Shown in pieces: positions 10,130 to 23,770 of a stretch of DNA of 64,000 nucleotides. The notes beneath the pieces are model-generated. The model searched no databases. It saw nothing but the letters and a program-made list of their open reading frames with translations, and was not told the DNA's origin. Location of the stretch: contig JAWODC010000070.1 in NCBI GenBank assembly GCA_046483495.1, positions 32,001 through 96,000 on the forward strand, given 5' to 3'. The stretch's first letter is position 1. Every line of letters starts with the position of its first letter. The translations under genes and the position numbers were made by a program. The DNA is from Desulfobacterales bacterium. GTDB lineage: Bacteria > Desulfobacterota > Desulfobacteria > Desulfobacterales > UBA5616.

Positions 10130-10978
10130 ATGGAGGTTAAAACATTGGGTGTTATTGGCGCCGGGCAGATGGGAAACGGCATTGCTCAGGTTGCGGCTCA
10201 AAGCGGACTTAATGTCATCATGCATGATATTCAGCAGGATTTTGTTCAAAAAGGGCTGGGCGTCATTGAAAAAAACCTGGCGCGGAACGTTGATAAAAAC
10301 AAAACCACGCCTGAAGAAAAAACCGCCGTGCTGAAACGTATCCAAACGACCACGAATTTGCGGGACATGGACACCGCGCATTTCGTCGTTGAAGCGGCGA
10401 CTGAACATGAGCCGGTCAAATTCGAGATATTTGAAAAACTGGATGATATGTGCGGTCCTGAAACCATTCTGGCGACAAACACGTCGTCCATTCCCATCGG
10501 CCGAATCGCCTCACGGACCAAACGACCGGACAAGGTGATCGGCATGCACTTTATGAACCCTGTTCCGGTGATGCGCCTGGTAGAAGTTATACGAGGTCTC
10601 GATACCTCTGATGAGACGTTCAAAATCACCTGGGATCTTTCAGAAAAATTTGGAAAAACACCCGCCGAGGCAAGCGATTATCCGGGTTTCATTGCAAATC
10701 GAATTCTATTGCCGATGATAAATGAAGCGGTGTACTGCCTGTATCACGGTGTCGGAAAACGCGAGGATATCGATACCGTCATGAAGCTGGGGATGAACCA
10801 TCCGATGGGCCCGCTCGCTTTGGCGGACCTGATCGGACTGGATACCTGTTTGGCAATCTTGGAAACACTTTACGAGGGTTTTAAAGATTCCAAGTATCGG
10901 CCGTGCCCACTGCTCCGGAAATATGTAGAAGCCGGTCGTCTGGGCAGAAAAAGCGGCCGGGGTTTTTACGAATATTAG
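10130..10978 (+). CDS. hbd: 3-hydroxybutyryl-CoA dehydrogenase
   Basis: GAGQMGNGIA NAD-binding motif, ATNTSS, GMHFMNP and HPMGPLALADLIGLD. Confidence 0.93.
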   Translation: MEVKTLGVIGAGQMGNGIAQVAAQSGLNVIMHDIQQDFVQKGLGVIEKNLARNVDKNKTTPEEKTAVLKRIQTTTNLRDMDTAHFVVEAATEHEPVKFEIFEKLDDMCGPETILATNTSSIPIGRIASRTKRPDKVIGMHFMNPVPVMRLVEVIRGLDTSDETFKITWDLSEKFGKTPAEASDYPGFIANRILLPMINEAVYCLYHGVGKREDIDTVMKLGMNHPMGPLALADLIGLDTCLAILETLYEGFKDSKYRPCPLLRKYVEAGRLGRKSGRGFYEY

Positions 10979-11003
10979 CAGCGGGTGCCGGAAATTTTAG
11001 TCG

Positions 11004-11123
11004 GTGCCCACCCGGAAATGGCTAATTCACTTCATTTCTTCGCCGGCGAAAAATTTAGACCAGTGGTTAAACTTTCCCGGTCGCCTTGAACTGAAGCGAA
11101 TTTTCACATTTTCGTATGGACAC
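11004..11123 (-). mobile_element. MITE-like repeat, family 1, copy A
   Basis: Ends gtgcccacccggaaatg ... cattttcgtatggacac are imperfect inverted repeats; the interior aligns in reverse with 11797-11934 and 36079-36221. Confidence 0.7.
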
Positions 11124-11126
11124 GGG

Positions 11127-11612
11127 TTAATGATCTTTGAAAATTTCAGCGGCATGTTCGATATCTTCAGGGGAAAAGACAAACAGGCATTTTTGATCCG
11201 GCGAAGATACCGAGCCATACACGTAATTAATATTAATGCCCTCTTCACCGAATGTTTTGGCCACCTCGGCAAGAGCGCCGGGAGTGTTTTCAAGCTCTAA
11301 AGCGATAACCGGCATAATATCGAACAAGTAGTTGTTTTTGCTTAAAAGGTCCAGCGCCTTATCCGTATTATCAGCTAAAAGCCGAATCAGGGCGAATTCC
11401 GCCGAGTCTTTCCTCATTGAATTGTAGCTTGCGGCGGAGGCGATGCGTTTCAAGGATTTGCCTCGGGCCATAAACAACTCTTTGACGTAGCTCGAGGCGT
11501 CCTGAATCGTGAGAGCATCTATATTGATAGCGGCTTCTGAAAATAACGAGGCGAGTTTCCCGAGTTCCCCGGGGACATTTTTTAAAAAAAGGGATATTTC
11601 AGTCCGAACCAT
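11127..11612 (-). CDS. Tandem ACT-domain (amino-acid-binding) protein
   Basis: Two ACT repeats: NVPGELGKLASLFSEAAINI and NTPGALAEVAKTFGEEGININYVY; start at MVRTEIS after RBS aagga. Confidence 0.85.
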   Translation of the reverse strand: MVRTEISLFLKNVPGELGKLASLFSEAAINIDALTIQDASSYVKELFMARGKSLKRIASAASYNSMRKDSAEFALIRLLADNTDKALDLLSKNNYLFDIMPVIALELENTPGALAEVAKTFGEEGININYVYGSVSSPDQKCLFVFSPEDIEHAAEIFKDH

Positions 11613-11796
11613 CGGCAGCTCCTTGTGTTTCAATAATGGTGCAAAACGATGAAATCCAATTGAATCACCCGGCATTCTCCTCAAGGCGAACGAAACGGTG
11701 ATGATGCGGTTATAGTGAAAACAGGCAAATTAGTCAACTCCAAAGGCCGGCGCAGATTGTCCGGCATATTGAACATTTAAAATATGGTGGCGGGTA

Positions 11797-11934
11797 GTGT
11801 CCATCCGGAAATGAGATAATTCGAATCAGGTAAAGCCGGTCGGGAAATATTTACCGCAGGAAAACTCTAATTGAGGATCAGCCTTTTCCGGCCTATGCAG
11901 AAATGGAACAAATTAGCCGTTTCCGGTCGGGCAC
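11797..11934 (+). mobile_element. MITE-like repeat, family 1, copy B, with 6-bp target-site duplication
   Basis: TIRs gtgtccatccggaaa ... tttccggtcgggcac, flanked on both sides by cgggta (11791-11796 and 11935-11940). Confidence 0.8.
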
Positions 11935-12084
11935 CGGGTATAAGAGCCTTTTCAATCGGCTCGATAAACAATTATTTCGGCCGGGTTAATACCGTTCTTA
12001 AACCAATTACCGAATACCTGAAAGGAGGATAAACAGATACGACATTAACCCGATATACATTCTTTAATCTTGAAAGGAGGTCAT

Positions 12085-13542
12085 ATGTTCGGAATTTGTT
12101 CTTATGGCGGCTATGTGCCGCGTTATCGCTTGAACCGGGGCATGATCTATGCGGGTATAGGATGGATGAACGCCGCGAACATCGGGCTTGCCAGGGGCGA
12201 GAAGGCGGTTGCCAACTTCGATGAAGACAGCATTACGATGGCCGTAGCAGCCGGAACCGATGCATTGACGGGTATCGATCGCGAAAAAGTGGAGGCGGTG
12301 TATTTTGCATCCACGACAATGCCGTACAAAGAGCGATTGAATGCCGGCATTATTTCCGGAGCGCTGGGATTGGACGAAAGTATTCGATGCGCCGACTTCG
12401 GCGGCGGCCTTAAGTCCGGCACTACAGCCCTGCTATCCGCTCTTGAAAGCGTAGAGGCCAAACGGCTCAACAATGTCTTGGTAACCTCGGCGGATTGCCG
12501 CCTGGGCAAACCTGCTTCCCCTCAAGAGATGATTTTCGGTGATGCGGCAGCATCCTTTCTGGTCGGCAGTGAAAATGTCATCGCCGAGTACAAGGATTCA
12601 TTCTCCACCACCATCGATTTCGTCGATCATTACCGAGGGTCTTTTGCCAAATACGACCGGCAATGGGAAGACAGGTGGATTCGGGACCTTGGTTTTGACC
12701 AATTTGTTCCCGCCGCGGTAAACGGTCTGCTGAAAAAGACGGGTTTGGCCATGTCCGATTTTGCTAAAGTCGTTTATCCCTGCCATTATGACGCTGAACG
12801 AAGAAAACTCAACAAGATCCTGGGAATCACACCGGAACAGGAGCAGAGCCATTTGCAGGCGGAAATCGGTGAATCCGGAACACCCCACTCCCTGGTGATG
12901 CTGGTTTCAGCGCTCGAACTCGCCAAGCCCGGCGACAAGATCATGGTGGTCAGCTATGGAAGCGGCTGCGATGCCGTTTATTTTGAAGTTACCGAAGGAA
13001 TTCTGGGGAAAAAAGATGCGAAAGGCATCGCCGGCAGCCTGGCCAATCGTGCGGATTTGGACAACTACACCAAAATGCTCGTTTGGCGGGATGTCCTGCC
13101 GGCCGATTTTGGTCTGCGAATGGAAGAAGACCAATGGACGCGAATGTCGCTCCTCTTCCGCGCCCGCAAGTTCGTGCTCGGGTTGTGGGGAACCAGGTGC
13201 CTGGAATGCGGCACGCCCCAGCTTCCACCACAGCGGGTTTGTGTCAATCCGGAATGCGGCGCTGTCGGAAAAATGGAGCCGATTCGATTCTCCGACAAAA
13301 CAGGGAAGATCGCCAGCTACACCGGCGATAATCTGGCCGCAACGTATGATCCCCCGTCAATTTACGGGCAGGTCGAATTCGAGGGCGGAGGGAAGTTCAT
13401 GTTTGACTTTACGGACTGCACAATGGATGACTTGGCAACGGATATGGACGTAACCATGAGCTTTCGAAAGAAGTATTATGATCCAAAAAGGGACATTTCC
13501 GGATACTTCTGGAAAGCTGTTCCCGTAAAGGAGGTGAAGTAA
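12085..13542 (+). CDS. HMG-CoA-synthase/KASIII-like domain fused to a DUF35 Zn-ribbon/OB-fold domain
   Basis: YVPRYRL, DEDSITMAVAA, GDAAA and SYGSG of the HMGS fold; C-terminal CLECG...CVNPEC zinc ribbon plus OB-fold ending YFWKAVP. Confidence 0.85.
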   Translation: MFGICSYGGYVPRYRLNRGMIYAGIGWMNAANIGLARGEKAVANFDEDSITMAVAAGTDALTGIDREKVEAVYFASTTMPYKERLNAGIISGALGLDESIRCADFGGGLKSGTTALLSALESVEAKRLNNVLVTSADCRLGKPASPQEMIFGDAAASFLVGSENVIAEYKDSFSTTIDFVDHYRGSFAKYDRQWEDRWIRDLGFDQFVPAAVNGLLKKTGLAMSDFAKVVYPCHYDAERRKLNKILGITPEQEQSHLQAEIGESGTPHSLVMLVSALELAKPGDKIMVVSYGSGCDAVYFEVTEGILGKKDAKGIAGSLANRADLDNYTKMLVWRDVLPADFGLRMEEDQWTRMSLLFRARKFVLGLWGTRCLECGTPQLPPQRVCVNPECGAVGKMEPIRFSDKTGKIASYTGDNLAATYDPPSIYGQVEFEGGGKFMFDFTDCTMDDLATDMDVTMSFRKKYYDPKRDISGYFWKAVPVKEVK

Positions 13543-14751
13543 ATGGCTGATGGAATCAAAGATAAAGTGGCAATTTTGGGGATGGGATGCACCCGGTTCG
13601 GTGAAAGATGGGAATCCGGCGCCGAAGATTTGATGGTGGAAGCCTTCACCGAATGCCTGGCGGATGCCGGAATTGAAAAAAAGGAGATCCAGGCAGCGTA
13701 CCTGGGCTCCCATTTCATCGATGTGAATATCGGCCGGGGAGCGACTCCCTTATCGACAACCCTGCACTTGCCGTATATCCCGGTAACCCGTACGGAAAAT
13801 TTCTGTGCCACGGCAACGGAAGCGTTCAGGGCCGCCTGTTACTCTGTTGCTGCGGGCGTTTATGACATCGTTTTGGCACTGGGTGTGGAAAAGCTGAAAG
13901 ACACCGGATACGGTGGCCTTCCCGGCGGTGTGGGCGGCGGTGTGAATGCGTTTATGGTGGGATTCAACGGAACCGCTCCGGGCATGTTCGCCCAGCTCGC
14001 GACCGCGTATGCCCGAAAATGGAAGATCCCGATGGAGAAAATTAAAGACGCTATCGCCCACATTTCCGCTAAAAGTCATGCCAATGGAGCCATCAATCCA
14101 AAGGCGCATTTAAAAAGAGCGGTCACGGAAGAACAGATCAAGGCGGCGCCGATGATCGCCTATCCCCTGGGCTTGTTTGACTGCTGCGGCGTTAGTGACG
14201 GCTCGGCCTGTGCGATCGTCACCACACCGGAAATCGCCAAGAGCATAAAATCCAATCAGGATATCGTCAAGGTCAAAGCGCTGCAAATCGCCCTCAGCTC
14301 CGGTGAAGAGACGACCTTTAACAATTGGGACGGCTCTCATTTCGTGACGACCCGGAAGGCTGCACAAAAGGCGTACGAAGAAGCCGGCATCAAGGAACCG
14401 CGTGAGGAAATCAATATGATGGAGGTCCATGACTGTTTTTCCATTACGGAATTCGTGACCATGGAAGACCTTCATGTATCACCCAAAGGCGGTGCTTATG
14501 AAGATGTCATGGGCGGATTTTATGATTTAAACGGTAAAGTTCCGTGTCAGGTGGACGGCGGGTTGAAATGTTACGGCCACCCCATCGGCGCTTCAGGTCT
14601 CCGGATGATTTATGCGATGTACGAGCAGATCCTGGACAGGGTACCCGAAGAGCGGAAGGTTAAAAATGAGCGACGTATGGGGTTGACCCATAACCTCGGC
14701 GGCTCTCCTGCGCAGAACGTGGCGGCCATCTCCATTATCGGGAAGGATTAG
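13543..14751 (+). CDS. SCP2-type thiolase-family acyltransferase
   Basis: ENFCATA, LFDCCGVSDG, EVHDCF, GGLKCYGHPIGASG and THNLGG; abuts the HMGS-DUF35 gene. Confidence 0.9.
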   Translation: MADGIKDKVAILGMGCTRFGERWESGAEDLMVEAFTECLADAGIEKKEIQAAYLGSHFIDVNIGRGATPLSTTLHLPYIPVTRTENFCATATEAFRAACYSVAAGVYDIVLALGVEKLKDTGYGGLPGGVGGGVNAFMVGFNGTAPGMFAQLATAYARKWKIPMEKIKDAIAHISAKSHANGAINPKAHLKRAVTEEQIKAAPMIAYPLGLFDCCGVSDGSACAIVTTPEIAKSIKSNQDIVKVKALQIALSSGEETTFNNWDGSHFVTTRKAAQKAYEEAGIKEPREEINMMEVHDCFSITEFVTMEDLHVSPKGGAYEDVMGGFYDLNGKVPCQVDGGLKCYGHPIGASGLRMIYAMYEQILDRVPEERKVKNERRMGLTHNLGGSPAQNVAAISIIGKD

Positions 14752-14815
14752 CAGTTCGTAACGACGGCTTTTCCAGCTTTGGAAATGAGAAGTTGAAGGT
14801 AGTGGGGACATCCCC

Positions 14816-14876
14816 AAGGGCAAGGCTTCCCATATCGCACATGATATGCTTTCGTGCGAAGCCTTGCCCTTTTTTT
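14816..14876 (+). terminator. Probable rho-independent terminator
   Basis: AAGGGCAAGGCTTC ... GAAGCCTTGCCCTT stem followed by a T-run, downstream of the thiolase. Confidence 0.65.
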
Positions 14877-14902
14877 GATTAAATCCGAAGGAGAAACGCC
14901 AA

Positions 14903-15658
14903 GTGGACAACTCGAAAAATAATAACCTTATCGAATCTGTTGACAACGCCTTTTTGATTCGACTGGTAATGGATGCATTTCGAAGAATCATCATGCATTA
15001 CGGGATGTGGTTTGCCCAGGCCGAACACCAGTTCGGCTTTAAAGATGCCGTGTCCATGGAGAGCCGGGTTTGGGACCAAACAACGCGCAATCAGCTCGGG
15101 AGATTGGGAAAGTCCTTGGGCATATCGGTTTCGGACGGTGTGCCGGATGTTTTATCCGGTTTTTCTCGAACACAGCTTCTCGAATTGATGCAGACGATCA
15201 GCATCAATTGGCTCGCGAATGACGGCATATGGTTTCAGGCCGTCGAAAAAAAATTGGGAATGAATGATGCCAAACGCTGCAACGACACCTGCTGGACCCG
15301 GTACTCGCCCTATGAAGCCCACAGGGTTAAGCATTTGTTGAACCTTCCGGAAAAAGGGGGCATTCAGGCCTTGGAAAAGGCGCTTTCGTTGCGGATGTAT
15401 GCCTTCATCAATCAGCAAACCCTGAACATCGTGGATGAAAACACGTTGATTTTCCAAATGAATGACTGCCGTGTGCAGGCCGCCAGAAAACGAAAGGGAT
15501 TGGAAGACTATCCCTGCAAATCGGTAGGATTGGTGGAATATCCCTATTTTGCAAAAACGATCGACCCGCGCATCCATACCGAATGTATCGGTTGCCCGCC
15601 GGACAAGCATCCGGAGGATTGGTACTGTTCATGGAAATTTACGCTGATACCCGACTAG
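14903..15658 (+). CDS. DUF6125-like cytosolic protein
   Basis: Internally duplicated (G.WF..E..G..A) helix unit, and C-terminal CRVQAARKRKGLEDYPCK ... CIGCPPD ... WYCSWKF. Confidence 0.7.
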   Translation: MDNSKNNNLIESVDNAFLIRLVMDAFRRIIMHYGMWFAQAEHQFGFKDAVSMESRVWDQTTRNQLGRLGKSLGISVSDGVPDVLSGFSRTQLLELMQTISINWLANDGIWFQAVEKKLGMNDAKRCNDTCWTRYSPYEAHRVKHLLNLPEKGGIQALEKALSLRMYAFINQQTLNIVDENTLIFQMNDCRVQAARKRKGLEDYPCKSVGLVEYPYFAKTIDPRIHTECIGCPPDKHPEDWYCSWKFTLIPD

Positions 15659-16374
15659 CTCGGATTTGAAGGCGTTATGACACAAACGGGCTTGCCATTG
15701 CGGTAATGAACCCTGACTCCCATTGAAGACAACGTGTCTGTCATGGGTCTGCCGAAAAGAAAATTCAGCTTCTCTGAATCGATTCGGTCATTCTGCCGAA
15801 TCAAGACGCGGATTTCCATGTCATAACGGATGGCATAGGCTGCTTTTTTTTCAAGTATTGCGTCTTTTTCCCCTGTTTTCATGGCGGTGTTTACAAATAT
15901 CAGCACATCATCATAAGAACAGCGGTTTTGATGGTCGTTTACGAGATCCCACCATTCCGGAGACATGCCGATAAGGTCAAAGCGGCTCAATCGATTCCGG
16001 TTATAGATGGTTAGAATGTCTCTGGTGTCCCAGCATTTCAGCATTCGGCACTCCAGCGGACGATTCCGGTAAATGCCGCAGGCGCGGTTCGCATCATCGT
16101 AAAAGATGCATGCGCTGTCGTTTTGCCGGCTTTTAATTTTGATAATATCGGAAGTTGCCGGTGCCGTTTCTCCCCGTATGTTGTCATAGGCCGGCTCGCC
16201 ATTTCGAATAGTCATCAAGTCCCGCAGGTGAAGATCACCGCGTTCAATCAACGGTTTGTCTTCAAGATGCATTGCAGGGCCTCCTTTTCGGCAGCACGTG
16301 CCGCATCGCGTACATGATTGCCTCGGCCTCTTTTCGAAGACACGACCGGTTATGGGGTCGAAGACGGGACGCAT
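15655..16374 (-). CDS. YkgJ-family cysteine-cluster protein
   Basis: CTRCGTCC, CIFY and CGIYRNRPLECR motifs. Confidence 0.82.
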   Translation of the reverse strand: MRPVFDPITGRVFEKRPRQSCTRCGTCCRKGGPAMHLEDKPLIERGDLHLRDLMTIRNGEPAYDNIRGETAPATSDIIKIKSRQNDSACIFYDDANRACGIYRNRPLECRMLKCWDTRDILTIYNRNRLSRFDLIGMSPEWWDLVNDHQNRCSYDDVLIFVNTAMKTGEKDAILEKKAAYAIRYDMEIRVLIRQNDRIDSEKLNFLFGRPMTDTLSSMGVRVHYRNGKPVCVITPSNPS

Positions 16375-16479
16375 GACTGCTGAATATAAAATTTTTCCAA
16401 ATAGGGCAAGCTATAGTTCGTGCCCCTCCAGAAATGGCTGAGTTGCTCGGTTTTAAGATCGTTTAGACCGTTTCGTGCG

Positions 16480-16884
16480 TTAGAAGGCTCGACAAGTGTG
16501 CAGCACTCGGCATAGTTCTTTTTGATAGATCGGTTTCGGCAGGTAATCATCCATTCCCCGTTTCAAGCAGTTTTCCCGAACGGTCTTATCCGCTTTGTCT
16601 GAAAAACCGATGATTGGTATCTGTTTTCCGGCTTTTCTGGCGATTTCGTCGGCAATCTTGGGAATAGGCGGCCATTCGTGCCCTTCCATATCGATGTTCA
16701 TCAGGATGATATCGACGTTTCGGGTCTGAAGAAAATTCCCGGCCTCTAAACGATTATGCGCCGTTATAGTCGTATACCCAAAATACGATAGCATCTTCTG
16801 AACTATTTTTGTATTAATGGGGTCTTCCTCCAACAACAAGACGATGTTTTTATGCGATACTTGCGGCATTGGATATGCTTTCAT
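16480..16884 (-). CDS. Single-domain response-regulator receiver (atypical, phosphoacceptor Asp replaced by Asn)
   Basis: LLLEEDPIN, DIILMNIDM, IPIIG and GMDDYLPKP receiver pattern; start uncertain. Confidence 0.75.
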   Translation of the reverse strand: MKAYPMPQVSHKNIVLLLEEDPINTKIVQKMLSYFGYTTITAHNRLEAGNFLQTRNVDIILMNIDMEGHEWPPIPKIADEIARKAGKQIPIIGFSDKADKTVRENCLKRGMDDYLPKPIYQKELCRVLHTCRAF

Positions 16885-17238
16885 ATTTATTAAATGTAGT
16901 TTTCGATGCAATCTCAGCTATCCGGAATCGCCTTTAGACGTGCACCTTGCGGCTGCAAGAAAAAGACCATCCGAAAAGTTTGCTTTTTTCCCGGTTGAAT
17001 TATGGGACGCAAAAAGACAAGACCCTTTCCGGGATAGAACAGCAATGAATTTTTCCCAATAGCATAAAAATTTGCTTTTGTAAGTCGGGCCGAACTGGAA
17101 AAAAATGTGGGGAAAGCTTGATTTGAATGCATGGCGGGCGAGACGAGCGGGACGGGAGCGACGGGATGGGGGCTTGCATTGGATTGAGGAGATGCGGAAG
17201 GCCTTTAAATTTACTTAAAGCGGGTCGGGATGAAAAAG

Positions 17239-17268
17239 AAGAGGGGCCGCTTAGCAGCGGCCCCTCTT
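17239..17268 (-). terminator. Rho-independent terminator of por
   Basis: Perfect 13-bp stem AAGAGGGGCCGCT/AGCGGCCCCTCTT right after the PFOR stop, followed by a T-run on the minus strand. Confidence 0.85.
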
Positions 17269-17272
17269 TAGA

Positions 17273-20830
<3,558 letters not shown>

Positions 20831-20868
20831 TTATCGTATCCCGATAGAGGCCTCTTCGAGCGTTTTCG

Positions 20869-22476
20869 CTAAAAAGGATCCTGAAAAAAATCGTTTCCCT
20901 TGTCGTCCATCAGGATGAATGCGGGGAAGTCCTTAACCGTAATTTCATGCACGGCCTCCATCCCCAATTCCGGATATTCCAACACGTTGACATCGGTGAT
21001 GCATTCTTTCCCAAGACGTGCGGCAGGGCCGCCGATCGAGCCCAGGTAGAATCCACCATACGTTTTGCACGAATCCCTTACGATATCGGTGCGGTTTCCC
21101 TTGGCCAGCATGACCATGGAGCCGCCGAGTTTTTGAAATAAGGGGACATAGGGGTCCATGCGTGCCGCGGTTGTAGGTCCGAAGGACCCTGACGGAAATC
21201 CTTCCGGGATTTTGGCCGGTCCGGCATAATAGATGATGTGATCTTTCATATATTGGGGAAGCCCTTCTCCCCTGTCCACCCGCTCTTTTATCCTGGCATG
21301 GGCGATATCCCGGGCAACGATAATTTTTCCGGAAAGCTTCAATCGTGTAGCAACGGGATATTGCCTTAGTATGGAGCGAATGGTTTCCATGGATTGATTC
21401 AAGTCGATTTTTACCGCATCCTCCTCATTTGTGGAGGGCATGGGCAGAAATCGGGCCGGATCCATTTCCAGCTGTTCCAGGTAAACGCCCTCCCTGCTTA
21501 TTTTTCCAAGTGCATTTCTGTCCGCATTGCAGCTGATGCCGAGTCCGATCGGGCAGGATGCGCCGTGCCGGGGAAGACGAATGACCCTGGTATCCAGACA
21601 AAAATACTTTCCGCCGAATTGTGCACCCAGTTTGAGCTCTTTAGACGCCTCGAGCAGTTTCTCTTCCAGGTTTTTGTCTCTGAATGCCCGGCCATGAGGA
21701 TTGCCGCACGTGGGCAGGTGATCCAAATACCCGGCTGTCGCCAGTTTCACCGTCTTCAAATTCATTTCCGCGGAAGTGCCGCCGACCACAAAGGCGAGAT
21801 GGTAGGGCGGGCAGGCCGCCGTTCCAATCGTCTTCATTTTCGAGGCCATAAAGGCGGGCAATTTTTCCGGATTCAAAACCGCCTTTGTCTCCTGGAATAG
21901 AAATACTTTATTTGCCGATCCGCCGCCTTTTGCGATAAAGAGGAATGAGTATAAACCGCCTTCAACTGCATATAGATCGATCTGCGCAGGCAAATTACAC
22001 CCGGTATTCACTTCCTCGTACATCGAAATGGGGGCGTTTTGGGAGTATCTGAGGTTGTTTTGCGTATAGGCATCGAAAACCCCCCTGGCCAGGGCTTCGC
22101 TGTCCGATCTGGTTGTCCACACCTGCTGGCCTTTTTTGCCCATGATAATGGCGGTCCCGGTATCCTGACACAGAGGAAAAAGGCCGTCTGCTGCAATCAC
22201 GGCGTTTTTGATGAGCTCCAGGGCCACATACCGGTCGTTGTCGGTAGTGGTCGGATCATCGATAACGGCTCGCACCTGTTGAAGATGCCGGGTTCTCAAC
22301 AGGTGCGACACATCTTTGAATGCGGTACGGGCAAGCAGCGTCAGCGCCTCCGGTTCGATCAGCAGCATCTCCTTTCCTTCAAAGGTTTTAGTGCTCACGA
22401 AGTCCTTGGATATCAGCCGGTAGTCGGTACTGTCTTCTCCTGAAGGAAATAATTCTTCAAACTGAAATTCAACCAT
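20869..22476 (-). CDS. fumA: Class I (Fe-S) fumarate hydratase
   Basis: [30 protein letters not shown] and GPTTAARMD. Confidence 0.95.
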   Translation of the reverse strand: MVEFQFEELFPSGEDSTDYRLISKDFVSTKTFEGKEMLLIEPEALTLLARTAFKDVSHLLRTRHLQQVRAVIDDPTTTDNDRYVALELIKNAVIAADGLFPLCQDTGTAIIMGKKGQQVWTTRSDSEALARGVFDAYTQNNLRYSQNAPISMYEEVNTGCNLPAQIDLYAVEGGLYSFLFIAKGGGSANKVFLFQETKAVLNPEKLPAFMASKMKTIGTAACPPYHLAFVVGGTSAEMNLKTVKLATAGYLDHLPTCGNPHGRAFRDKNLEEKLLEASKELKLGAQFGGKYFCLDTRVIRLPRHGASCPIGLGISCNADRNALGKISREGVYLEQLEMDPARFLPMPSTNEEDAVKIDLNQSMETIRSILRQYPVATRLKLSGKIIVARDIAHARIKERVDRGEGLPQYMKDHIIYYAGPAKIPEGFPSGSFGPTTAARMDPYVPLFQKLGGSMVMLAKGNRTDIVRDSCKTYGGFYLGSIGGPAARLGKECITDVNVLEYPELGMEAVHEITVKDFPAFILMDDKGNDFFQDPF

Positions 22477-22621
22477 TATCAATCCTCTCTATTCGCTTAT
22501 CGGCCCGTTCGGTATAACAGGGTGTACTCATCACAATCTGAAATACCGGCCCTTCAATGATCGAAGACTCCTGTTTTCTCCTTTAAAAACAAAAAGAGGA
22601 CACTCTAATAGTAAGTATTAC

Positions 22622-23428
22622 TTATGTCAAGCGGTTTATGATTTTCGACATCAACATTTCTTTGATTTCGATGTCTTTTCGAATTCCAAGGCGGGTTAGT
22701 GAAAAATCATACTTGATCGGATCGTCGGGAGAGACCTGCTTGAAACAAGCGGTAATATCGAGAGCGGTCTTCAAATTGGCGCATTTACTGTATGTGAAGC
22801 CCATCTTTCGACAGACGGCATGCATGTGAACATCCAAAGGGACGATGAGTTTGGATGGTGAAACGCCCACCCATCCCCCTGGATCTACAGCATCCTGCCT
22901 GACCATCCATCTCAAAAACAGATGCAATCGTTTTCCTGCACTTCCCCGCTCAGGCAACGGAACAAGGTGGACCGGATTTTTGCAGGCGCCTGCCAGCAGT
23001 TCTTTGGCCATTTGATTCAGCGCGTTGAACACCGTTTCGTCGTTTGGATCATAATGAGACAGAAAACAGTTGTTCATGGACCCATGAGAGAATACGATTT
23101 GCCGTAGACCGGAAAGAAGGCCGGCCAAGTGCTCGGTTTTGGCAAAGCGATGAACAAATCCTGTAAATGTCGACAATAGGTTCTTCATGTCGGATTTAAG
23201 CAGGAATTCTCGAGGGGAAGGCCCCATTCTGCTCAGAACCCATGATACGCTTTTATTGATTTGCACCACCCGTCCATAGGCAAGTGAAGCGGCGATCATG
23301 CCGGCGATTTCCCGGTCGCCTGTATTTTCATAGGCGTAGAGAAACTGCAGGGGATCGGGATCGACATACCGCCTTCGATTGAACCGATGATATATATCGT
23401 CCAACACATATTTTAGGCCGAATTCCAT
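22622..23428 (-). CDS. TIGR02757-family protein (HhH-GPD-like, putative DNA repair)
   Basis: DPLQF, LAYGRV, KRLHLFLRWMVRQDAVDPGGW, PLDVH and DPIKYDFSL; probable start at MEFGLKY. Confidence 0.85.
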   Translation of the reverse strand: MEFGLKYVLDDIYHRFNRRRYVDPDPLQFLYAYENTGDREIAGMIAASLAYGRVVQINKSVSWVLSRMGPSPREFLLKSDMKNLLSTFTGFVHRFAKTEHLAGLLSGLRQIVFSHGSMNNCFLSHYDPNDETVFNALNQMAKELLAGACKNPVHLVPLPERGSAGKRLHLFLRWMVRQDAVDPGGWVGVSPSKLIVPLDVHMHAVCRKMGFTYSKCANLKTALDITACFKQVSPDDPIKYDFSLTRLGIRKDIEIKEMLMSKIINRLT

Positions 23429-23477
23429 AGGCCCAGCAATAGACGAGTTAAGCCGTTTTTTCAATAGCTGTTCATCG

Positions 23478-23660
23478 TCAGTTCTCGGAATCACCACAAT
23501 TGTCATGAAAAAACCGAACCGCCTCTTCCACGGAATCGAACAGGATCCATTCGCGGTTAATGGTTTTTCCGTAGGATCTGCGGGTAAACTCGATGGCCGT
23601 ACTTCCATGGTATTCAAAGTGGTCAACCACCTCCTCGCGGTAGCTTTCTTTTCGGGTCAT
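23478..23660 (-). CDS. Small hypothetical protein (60 aa)
   Basis: MTRKESYREE...WILFDSVEEAVRFFHDNC, preceded by a strong RBS (ggaggtaaac-ATG). Confidence 0.65.
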   Translation of the reverse strand: MTRKESYREEVVDHFEYHGSTAIEFTRRSYGKTINREWILFDSVEEAVRFFHDNCGDSEN

Positions 23661-23770
23661 GTTTACCTCCACCATTTCGGTTGTGGTCCGGGGTGAACCC
23701 CGAGCTTTTTAGAAGCAGTCCCCATTGGGTGGCCGCTGGGGGGCCGGAAAAAGCCGGTTATGGATGGGCG

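Noticed and set aside
12019..12080. Duplicated tgaaaggagg Shine-Dalgarno-like motif
   Set aside because: The first copy has no start codon at a usable distance; no leader peptide can be supported.
16995..17040. GGGACGCAAA, another c-di-GMP-I riboswitch fragment
   Set aside because: No upstream GGCAAAC stem and no plus-strand gene downstream.
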